From a virus: a stretch of 64,000 bases of DNA. Position numbers and translations under genes: made by a program. Positions 1 to 9,800 of the stretch are shown piece after piece (within the stretch, counting starts at the first letter, position 1; each line of letters starts with the position of its first letter). Under the pieces are notes generated by a model, which was not told where the DNA came from, did not search any database, and was given only the letters and a program-made list of their open reading frames with translations. The DNA is taken from the IMG/VR virus record IMGVR_UViG_3300045988_074841. One strand, given 5' to 3'.

Positions 1-3000
1 CCAACTCAGAATAACGATGAGTATGAAGTTCATCCTACAAGTAATGATAGCATTGCAAATCTTACAACTAATGAAGATTTGTTTGCTAATTCTAATATTG
101 CTACTCAAGATAACGTAGGTATAACTTCTTATCCTATTGTTAGACTTACTGGTAATAATTTTGAAGTTGTTAGTCAAGGTAAACTAGGAATTGAAGATGT
201 AAAAGAAGAAGAAACTTCACAGCAAACATCTTCTACGGGGGGTCTAGAACAAACTGAACCAGTAGAATCTCAAGCAGCAACTGAACCTATTCCTGAAGTA
301 GAAGAGACTACTCCTGAAGTTGAAGAACCTAAAGTTCCTGATTTTATGGGTAATGCTTCTGACACTAAAGTCATTAGAGATGTTATTACTGAATTAAAAA
401 CTACTCCTGATTTAGATTTAGATGCTAAAGCCAAGAGTATTCTTGATGATTATGTAGCTAAAGGATATAGTGAAACTGAAACTAAAAAACAAATAGATAG
501 TGCTTTTAGACGTATTCGTAAGAGACAAGAAAAACTTATGAATAAAGAAAGTACTGTTGCTTCTGTTTATTTTAGTAGTTTTGACCAAGAAGAACGTAAT
601 GCCAAATCTAAAAATGGTAAAGCTGTAGTATTTGATGATTCTTATAAAAAAGCTGTTAGTGACCTTCTTGATGTATACGCTAAAGATGCTGAACTTCCAC
701 AAATTAATGGTAAGTATTATGGTAATCTTATGAACCTTATGGATTATATTAAGTCTGCTTATGATGATTATTCTATGGCTGACTTTATGTTTAATAGTTT
801 GTCTGCTTATCTTAATACTCCTGAAGGTCAAGCTAAATTTAATATTACTGATGCCAATGATGTTAGTAATCCTGTTGCTTTCTTAAATAACTTCCATAAA
901 TCTCAAGCTGAAAGAGATGCTGCTCTTTCTAATGGAACTGTTCATCAAGTTAATATGAATCTTTCAGATTTTGGAACTGATGAATATATGAAAGAAAGTT
1001 ATGCTGAACAAGTTAAACTTAAAAATGGCGATAAACTTACTATAGAAAGAGTTACTACAAGTAAAGGTACTAGTCGTTTAGGTATCAAATCTAACGGTAA
1101 ACTTGTTGGTAGTATATCAATTCCTTCTACAGGAGAAAGAGGAGAATATGTTCAAAAGAATGATGGACTTATTTATCATATAGATAAAGCTGATGGTTCT
1201 AAAGATGGAGCACTTAAACAAGTTCTTAAAGATATAGCTAGAAGTAAAACTCCTGAGCATGAAAAACTTAATGAAATTATTCATAAAGCTGCTTTTGATA
1301 AGTTTAACGCTGAACAGCTAGTTAATGAATTTAAGAGTAATCCTATTGTTCAAGATATGGTTAAGAATCATATGATTAATTTTGATGGAACTGGTCCTGA
1401 ATATGAAGTTGCTCTTAATGGTCTTGCTAAACTTTGGAGATATAACTATAAAGTTCTTACCGAAGGAAGGGTTAATAAGTTTACTGGTGCAGTAGTTGCT
1501 AATTCTATTGATAAATGGTTTGATACTCTCCGTGAAAGTTATAATGAAACTAGTAAATTAGATAACAATCCAAACATTGATATTGTAGCTAGTGATGTAT
1601 TTGAAGGTGAGCTTATTCGTAGTAATGATGGTACTTTTAAAAGTGATGCTGAAACTTCTCTACCTATTCAATTAGCTATCGCTAAAGATACTAAGTTTGA
1701 AATTGCTGCCAAATCTACTACTGGTGAATTTATTAATGGTATTGGAAGTAATAAGTTTCTTGTTAGTGTTGGTCGAACTTATGTTACTGTTCCTCGTAGT
1801 AACGGTACTGTAGATATTGTAAATGCTTATCCAGTGAGTTGGACAGGTGCTACATATTATACAAAAGATGACAAACAACAACAAGTTGAGACAGGTAAAG
1901 ACTTTAAGCAGCTTCAAAATGCTATAATTACTCAAATTAAAGATAGACTTGCTTCTATTAATGATGGTGATTTTGCTGAAAATAGAAATAACTTTATTGA
2001 TTTTATTGATAATCTTCTTAATATCAATAAAAATCCTATTTTCCTTAGTAAAGAACTATCTGTATTTAGAACTGCAAATATTCTTGGAATTAACTTTGGT
2101 AATAAGAATAATCAACTTCTTTTCTATAGAGATAAGAATGGTGATGGTGTAGGTCAAATAATTAATAAAGTTGATGGTAAACCTAATTATATTTCTTACA
2201 ATAGTGATTTATCTGCTGTAAGCGATAGACTTATTGAAGGAATAAAAAGTCTCAATTTCAATATTAACTTTGCTGTTTTAAAGTCTGATAATAATCATAA
2301 TATTCCTCTTCAAGGTATTACTAGTAGAACTACTGACGGTAAGTTTAAAATTACTATTCCTGAATATAAAGGGAAAAATGGTGTAAATCTTACTTATGAT
2401 AGTTTTAAAGATTTTATTCAACAAAACAATCTTCTTAGAGTTAATATGGCTCAAGAAAACGGTAGTAATATTAGAAGAACTGCTATTAATAAACAAGGAG
2501 CTAATGCTAGATTTAGTTTTCAAGTAACAAATAAACAAGAAAGCCGCCCCGTAGAAGATGTTAGTGATAGTTATATTTCTAAAGCTGATGAAATTAAATC
2601 CATTGTAACATCTGATTCTACAGATAAAGGTTTTGAAGTTGCTAGTGCTCTTTTATTAGATGATACATCTAAAGAGAAACTAAATAGTATTAAAAGTGAT
2701 AGTTCTTTACGTAAACTTTTAGCTAAAGATATTATCTTTGACGAAGAATTTATGAGTAAAGAACATGCACAAGCTAATGCTGTTTGGAGCAAAACTAAAG
2801 GTGGTAAAGTTGTTATTGGTCAGAAATTCTTAGATATGATTAATAGTAAGAAACCTGGTGAAAAAGGTAGAGCTATTAGAACTTTGATGCACGAAAATCT
2901 TCATGGTTATATTGAAGATATGGCTAATAATAAACGTCATCCTAATGCGGTTGCTAATCTTAGAAATAGAATGCAAGATATTTATGATGATTTTGCTACT

Positions 3001-3708
3001 GCTATTAATCAAGATATTAATGATTTAAAAGCAGGAAATATTGATGAGATTAAACAACGTAGACATATTCAAGATAAAGCTACTCTTGAAAAGATTAGTG
3101 AGTGGCTTAATAATGTTAATACTTTTACTGCTGAAAGTTATGCTACTCGTGAGAATCCTCAAGATGCTCTAGAAGAATTTATTGTTGAATCTCTTACCAA
3201 TGTTGATTTAATGAATTATCTTAATCAAGTTGACGCTGATGGTGGAGTAGTTAAAGGCAATACTATTTGGCAGAAAATACTCAAGTTTATTGGTGACTTG
3301 TTTGGTATTAATATTCGTCCTAATAGTCTTCGTGCTAAACAAATGGAAGCTCTTGGTGAAATATTTAAGAATAATCAAGAAGCTGAAGTTAAAGCTGAAG
3401 AAAAAGAAGAAGAAGTTACTCAACCAACAACATCTTCTACGGGGCGTATAGAAGAAGTTGAAACAGAAACAGTTGCTGATAATACTAATAGTGTTATAGA
3501 TAATGATGATGTTGGAAATGCTAATGAGGTGTTTGATATTAAGGATGAAGATGTTGATGCTGATGATGAATATGATGCTGATGAAAGTACTAGTGAAGAA
3601 GTAGCTTTCAATTCATTCAACTCAGCAATCGAATCTCTTCCGATGTCGGAACGTGCCAAATTTGCCTCTCTCGTTAGCTCTGCTGCGATTTCGATGTCTT
3701 GCAAATAG
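1..3708 (+). CDS. large virion/cargo-like protein, 5-prime partial (>1235 aa), HExxH zincin-like motif (HENLH, nt 2890-2904) and strongly acidic C-terminal tail
   Basis: Reading frame of listed ORF 79..3708 stays open back to nt 1, so the TTG at 79 is not the real start and the gene continues upstream of the window. Coding composition is uniform. It lies directly upstream of the giant RNAP gene, as cargo genes do in crAss-like phages. Confidence 0.6.
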   Translation, partial: PTQNNDEYEVHPTSNDSIANLTTNEDLFANSNIATQDNVGITSYPIVRLTGNNFEVVSQGKLGIEDVKEEETSQQTSSTGGLEQTEPVESQAATEPIPEVEETTPEVEEPKVPDFMGNASDTKVIRDVITELKTTPDLDLDAKAKSILDDYVAKGYSETETKKQIDSAFRRIRKRQEKLMNKESTVASVYFSSFDQEERNAKSKNGKAVVFDDSYKKAVSDLLDVYAKDAELPQINGKYYGNLMNLMDYIKSAYDDYSMADFMFNSLSAYLNTPEGQAKFNITDANDVSNPVAFLNNFHKSQAERDAALSNGTVHQVNMNLSDFGTDEYMKESYAEQVKLKNGDKLTIERVTTSKGTSRLGIKSNGKLVGSISIPSTGERGEYVQKNDGLIYHIDKADGSKDGALKQVLKDIARSKTPEHEKLNEIIHKAAFDKFNAEQLVNEFKSNPIVQDMVKNHMINFDGTGPEYEVALNGLAKLWRYNYKVLTEGRVNKFTGAVVANSIDKWFDTLRESYNETSKLDNNPNIDIVASDVFEGELIRSNDGTFKSDAETSLPIQLAIAKDTKFEIAAKSTTGEFINGIGSNKFLVSVGRTYVTVPRSNGTVDIVNAYPVSWTGATYYTKDDKQQQVETGKDFKQLQNAIITQIKDRLASINDGDFAENRNNFIDFIDNLLNINKNPIFLSKELSVFRTANILGINFGNKNNQLLFYRDKNGDGVGQIINKVDGKPNYISYNSDLSAVSDRLIEGIKSLNFNINFAVLKSDNNHNIPLQGITSRTTDGKFKITIPEYKGKNGVNLTYDSFKDFIQQNNLLRVNMAQENGSNIRRTAINKQGANARFSFQVTNKQESRPVEDVSDSYISKADEIKSIVTSDSTDKGFEVASALLLDDTSKEKLNSIKSDSSLRKLLAKDIIFDEEFMSKEHAQANAVWSKTKGGKVVIGQKFLDMINSKKPGEKGRAIRTLMHENLHGYIEDMANNKRHPNAVANLRNRMQDIYDDFATAINQDINDLKAGNIDEIKQRRHIQDKATLEKISEWLNNVNTFTAESYATRENPQDALEEFIVESLTNVDLMNYLNQVDADGGVVKGNTIWQKILKFIGDLFGINIRPNSLRAKQMEALGEIFKNNQEAEVKAEEKEEEVTQPTTSSTGRIEEVETETVADNTNSVIDNDDVGNANEVFDIKDEDVDADDEYDADESTSEEVAFNSFNSAIESLPMSERAKFASLVSSAAISMSCK
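229..245 (+). repeat. GC-rich motif copy TCTTCTACGGGGGGTCT (forward), in-frame in cargo gene (TSSTGGLEQ)
   Basis: direct reading of sequence. Confidence 0.8.
2544..2560 (-). repeat. GC-rich motif copy CCGCCCCGTAGAAGATG (reverse), in-frame in cargo gene (SRPVEDV)
   Basis: direct reading of sequence. Confidence 0.8.
3431..3446 (+). repeat. GC-rich motif copy CATCTTCTACGGGGCG (forward), in-frame in cargo gene (TSSTGRIEE)
   Basis: direct reading of sequence. Confidence 0.8.
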
Positions 3709-3732
3709 ATTATTCATAGAATATATTTCAGG

Positions 3733-3774
3733 GTTCTAGAGGAGAATTTAAAATCCTCTAGAACTTTAATTTTT
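3733..3774 (+). terminator. Rho-independent terminator-like hairpin between the cargo gene and the vRNAP gene
   Basis: Perfect 11-bp stem GTTCTAGAGGA/TCCTCTAGAAC with a 10-nt loop GAATTTAAAA, followed by TTTAATTTTT. It sits 25 nt after the TAG stop at 3708. Confidence 0.6.
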
Positions 3775-3800
3775 AAATAACTAATTTAATTAATAAAGTT

Positions 3801-6800
3801 ATGGCTTGTAATTTTAAAACAACAAGTGCTGGCACAAGCATTAAACGTAAGGTTGGAGCAAATAATGCTCGTTTTGTAGCGTTAATTAGTCTTATTAGTA
3901 ATCCTGAAACTGGAGGTTTTACTGATGAGTTTGTTAAGTATTATCAGAAAGTAAATCATACTGATAATATTCCTAGTGTTGATAATTCCGAAAGAGGAGT
4001 TATCGCTAAAACTGCTATCCGTTATTATAATAGTATTCACTTTGATGTTAATGCTCAAAGTACAGGTACTTATTATGATAAGGATGTAGATGCTTTCGGT
4101 TATAGTGATAGTCATGCAAAGGTATATGCTATTACTAGAGCAATTCCTAATATTATGCGTAGTATGTATGTTAGTGATATTAGAAGTGGAGAAATTGTTG
4201 ACAAGGATTCAATTCTTGGCGATTTAATTAAACGTACAAAAGTTAGGATAACTAAGGATGTTGCTGCTAATTATCTTAAAGCTATTGGTAAACCTGCAAC
4301 TAATGTTGAAGTTAATAAGATAGCTGATGCTCTTCTTAATAATAATGAAACTTATTATAAGAAAGATGAACTTATACTTGCTATAACTAAAGCTTTTGAC
4401 AAGAATGGTGATGTTCAAGTTCAAAATACTTTTGCTATTTATAAAGATATATTTAAAGATACTACTGGTAAAGATTTCTTTAATAGAGTTATTATTGCTG
4501 ACCCTATTATTGGTAATCTAAAATATAGCGATGAAACTGAATCTAGTCTTGCTGAAGCTTATGCTGAAGATTTTGATTCAGTAGATGATTCTTCTTATAA
4601 TAATAACGAAGATGAAGATGTACTTACTGTAGGTGATAGACAAGATAATACTTGGAATGATCATAGTGGTCTTGGTTCTAGTTATATGAAAGGTTTTGAC
4701 CTTGATATTCGTCTTAGTCTTTCTATGATACCTAAACTTACTAGTAATACTGTTGATACTAAGACTTTAAAGTCTGGTAAAGTAAAGGATGTTTACGATT
4801 ATGATAAAAACAATCCTACTGGTAATGTAGATTATATTGACGTAAAAGATATTATTAGTACTCTTAGTGCTAAGAAAGATGTTTCTAATCTTAATACTTT
4901 TATTGATAGTGTAAAAGAAGCTAGTAATATTCCTGGTATGGAAGGTCTTATTAAACTTTATAAAGACCTTACTTCTGATTTAGATTATGCTGCTCGTCTT
5001 TATACTCAATTCAAAACTGTAATTAACAAATATGAAACTCGTATTGCTGATGAGAATACAGCTATGAATAAGAGTAATAAGAATAGTAATGCTCAGCAAG
5101 TTCATGCTCTTAGTTTCCTTAATGATGCTAAGTTTACTCATATAAATACTGATTCTGATATTACCAATAAACTTGCTAATGAAGTAGATGAAACTATTGT
5201 AGAATATACTCAAGCTCTTGCTGCTGGCGATGAGTTTGCTTTAGACCAAGCTAAACTTTATAATACTATTGTTGATAGAATTGCTTCTCGCATTAAAGAT
5301 TATTATCCTAGTGCAGATAAAGCTTCTATTGATAATTATGTTCGTCTTGCTAATAATGGTGAAGTTGCTACCAATATGCGTTATCTTACTGATAGTCTCA
5401 GAAAGATAGCTAAAGCTTCTGATGCTACTACTTCTCAGTATACTGAAAATCGTGATGCTATTAGCGGTATTAACAAAGAAATTAGGAAACTTCAAACTAA
5501 AATTGACGCTCTCAACGAAGCTGGGGAACATAAAGGTATAGATAAAATCAATGAAGAAATAGATAAACTTGTTAGTCAAAGAGATAATATTCGATTTAGT
5601 GATTATCGTTCTCAAGATAGTATTACTCAGAGTATTGCTTTATCTGATAAACTTTATCCTTATTCTTCTGTTAAAGTTGAACTTAATTCTCGTAATGGTT
5701 TGGGTAATCTTCAATCTGATATTATCAATAGTTCCATGATTACTTATCTTCTTAAAGTACTCAATAGTCCTAAGACTACTACTGATGAATTAGGTAATAC
5801 CGCTCCTGAGTCTCTTGTTAACTTTGCTAAGTTTAAGTTTAAGAACAATCAATATAATCTTAGTAATATTCTTATTGAGACTAGAGAAAATGGTAAGATT
5901 GTAAATTATGGTCTCTTTTATTATGATGCTGACAAACAGAAATATGGTGTTACTAATTATGCTTCTGGTTTACTTAACGTTGCATTATTTAATGGAGCTG
6001 TAAAAACTGATGAAGGTACAGGTATTACTTATGCTCAAATGAGTAAAGGCGATTATGTTTATACTGCTTTTGCTAATTATTTTAATAGCGATAAAAATAT
6101 TGATGCTGATAGAGTAACTAATAGCATTCCTCTTGCTAATTACTTTATGAGAACTCCTTCTGATGCTCCTAAAACATTTGTAGTTCGTGCTCCACGTTAT
6201 CATATAACTAAGAGTAATCCAATTAGAACTGTAACAAATGCTGCTGATGTAGATAATTATATTAAGAATTATGTTGCAGAGCATATTGCTAGTATGTCTG
6301 AAGCTGCATTTAATCAAGCTAATCCTAGAGCTAAATTTATTCAACTTGAAGATAATCGTAGTGATCGTGCTCAAATTACTAGAGATTTAACTGATAATAA
6401 TATTACTCGTTCTGTATATGAGAATGAGATTATTCGTAATGATGGTAAAACTGCAACTATTGGTTATCAATTTACTGATGAAGAAGGTAATGTAAATAAA
6501 TATATTATTACCGGTTCTATTCGCCACGTAAAAGGTATGAATAAATTTGTTATTGAGAATGGTAAAGCTACTATTCTTGATAATAATGAAATGAGAGATA
6601 ATCTTCGTCCTATGATATATGATAAGTATCGTAAACAAGCTTATCGTAACGGTAGAATTGGTGATGTTCAAGTTGATTATAAAGTTAATAGAGAACATCC
6701 TATTTATAAACAATTTAGAAAGATATTTAATCAAGAGTTGACTAATATGGCTGAGGCTATTAATATGATATTCTTGACTGGCGATGATGGTGTTATTCAG

Positions 6801-9800
6801 CGTGAAGCTGATGGTAAACCTAAGTTTAATCCTAATAATGCTTTTGGATTAGATAAAGAATCTGCTCGTAGACTTTATGCTAATTATCAAACTAAAAAAG
6901 ATAAATATCTTGATTCTAATTATGGTTTAGTTGGAAATATGTTCCATAGTGATAAGTTCACTATTACTGATTATAAGACTGGTAAAATTCGTAATTATGG
7001 TCAAGAACTTCTTGATGATTATTTTGATAGTCTGTATAATGGTAGTAAAGGTGGCTTTATTCATTTTGGTTATGAGAATGGTAAGATTAAACTTAATCAT
7101 ACTAAAGACCAAGCTAAAGCTATTGATAACAAAATAGCAGAATTTATTAGTGATTATATTTATAGTTCTGCTATACGTATGGATGAATTTAAAAATCTTG
7201 ATGTAGCTGGACTTATTAATGATGATAATGTTGCTGACTTTGCTCTTAATTATCGTCTTGCTTATAATTATTTTGATGATTTATTTGAAGGTGATGATAA
7301 GTTTTATAAGTCTTCTCAAGACTTCTTGAAACGTGCTAAGGAAGGTCAAGCTAGTGGTACTCCTTATAGTACTTTCAATATTTATCAAGATGAGAATATG
7401 ATGTTGACAGACTTAAAGAAGATGAGTTATCTTAATAGTCAAGCTATTCAAGATAAACTTAATAGTCTTGGTCTTCATGTTACTCAACGTCCTGGTTTTG
7501 TTGGTATTACTATTAAGAATACTGTAAGAACTTCTCATGAAGCTTCTCAAAATGGTCCTGTTGTTCATGAACTTGCTCGTGTTTATATGAAACATGACCC
7601 TGAACTTACAGAAGATGAAGCTATTGCTAAAGCAAATAAGCATATGGAAGGTTATCAAAATACTACTGTAAACGATGCTCAATCTTATATTACTTTTGAA
7701 GAATGGATTCGTCGTGTTGCAGGTAGAGGTCAACTTAATAAATATATGCCTCTTATTGAGCGTATTATGGATAGAAGTAAACCTCTTAGAGTAGATGATA
7801 TTAAAACTTTTGTTCAAGTACAAAAGAACTTCTATTATGATATGACTTATAATGATAAGATTAATACTTATGCTCCTCGTCAAATTAAAAATGCTGAACT
7901 TGTTCTTGTACCTAGATTTATTGAAGGTACTGACCTTGAGAAAGTATACAATCTTATGAAAGACCATGGTATTGACCAACTTAATACAGAAGAGACTTCT
8001 AAAGCTGGTAAAGCTGGAGTTCTTACTTTATTTGATGAAGAAACTGGTGAAGTTACTGATACTCATATTCAAGATTTTAATAACCATGTAGAAGATTATA
8101 AAGAGACTTATTCTTATAATTTCCTTTATACTCAGCAAGAAACTCCTCAACACATGAATGCAGAAAATAAAGCTGCTATTCAAATTATGAAGAAGATTGT
8201 TGATAATATTCCTGATACTGGAACTATTGGAGAAGTTAAGAAAGAGTTTTTTAAACTTTATGTTGCTAATATTAAAGATAGTTTCAATAGTCTTGTTAAG
8301 GAACTTAATATTCCTACAAATGAAGATGGTTCTATTAAACTCGATGCTAATGGAAATATTGAAGGACTTGATATGAAACTGTTCTTCAATAAGCTTCGTA
8401 AAGAATGTCTTCGTCAAGGTCTTGATAGTAATATTCTAGAGTTCTTTACTCTTAATGAAGATAGTCCTTATACTGAACTTGGAAGAGCTAATACTGTTAT
8501 GCCTACATATATGACTAATATGATGAGTAAAGCTCAGAATGTTTGTCAGTCTATGTTTAATAATGCTATTACTCGTCAAAAGTTGCCTGGTTTTCATGCT
8601 GCTCAGGTAACTAATGTAGGTTATTCAAAGCATCTTCGTTATCATCCTGATGGTGGACGTTACATTGAAGTTCTTCTTCCTAAGAGCAACTTTGGTTTTG
8701 CTAAAAATGAAGATGGTACTTATAAAGAACCTGATGAAATTAGAGACAAAGATGGAAATCTTGTAGGTGGACTTCTTTATCAACTTCAAAGAGCTAAACT
8801 TGATACAATTATTGGTTATCGTATTCCTACTGAAGGTAAGCAATCTATATGTGCTATGAAAGTAGTTGGATTTACAGATGATGCTCAAGGTTCAACTATA
8901 GTTGTTCCTGATGATTGGGTTGCTCAAACTGGTTCTGACTTTGATATTGATTCTGTATATGGTATTCAACATAATACATATATAGATAAAGATGGAGATA
9001 TTCAAAAAGTTGCTTATAAAGAATCATTTGGTAAATTATATGACGATTATGTAAAAGAACAACTTAATGATGAAGCTAAAGATAAACTAGAAGAAGCTGT
9101 TAAAAATGGAGTTAACGAATCTACTGCTTTAGCTAATGCTGCACAAGAGGGTGGACTTCTTAGTCGTGAAGAATTTAGTAAAGCTAATAGTATTGAAGAA
9201 AAGAATAGTCGTCAAGCTCGTAACAATCGTATACTTGATGATATGCTTCGTATTCTTCAATCTGATGAAGCTTTTGAAGAGAATACTGGTCAATCTCAAT
9301 TTGAAGATATTATCAATGCACGTGATAATATTATGAATGATGTAGTTAAGAGTGTTCGTAATGGTCGTAGTTGTTATGATTTTATTGACCAAGCTGAATA
9401 TCAAGAAGATGTTATGAGTGGTGCTAAACTTAAAGCATTTAGTGTTACTCGTGATACCTTTGTTTCTATTTGCAACAAAGTTCAACCAACTATTGATAAA
9501 AATTATGCTATTAGTGCTAGATATAAAGCTACTCCAAAACAAGCTGAGGTTTTAGCTAAACGTTTTGGAGAAGATAATGTTATTTACAAAGATGGTTATG
9601 TTACAATTAGTCATACTATGATTGGTTGGTCACACGATAATCATAATGTAGATGATGCTATTCTTACTGCTTATAGTTCTGAGACTACAGCTCATATTCT
9701 TGATGCTGTAAAAAAAGGTGCTGTACCTAATGTAAATGAGTTTACTTTTGCAGTATATAAAACTTTCCCTGATGTAGGTAGTAATTATAAGACTGGTGTT

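Noticed and set aside
79-81. TTG at 79 as the true start of the first gene
   Set aside because: The same frame has no stop codon back to nt 1, so the gene almost certainly begins upstream of the window.
3706-3708. TAG stop-codon reassignment (TAG read as Gln), known in some crAss-like phages
   Set aside because: Late and structural genes are long and uninterrupted under the standard code. TAG cleanly terminates the cargo gene before a terminator hairpin. The only tRNA found has anticodon UUG, not CUA.
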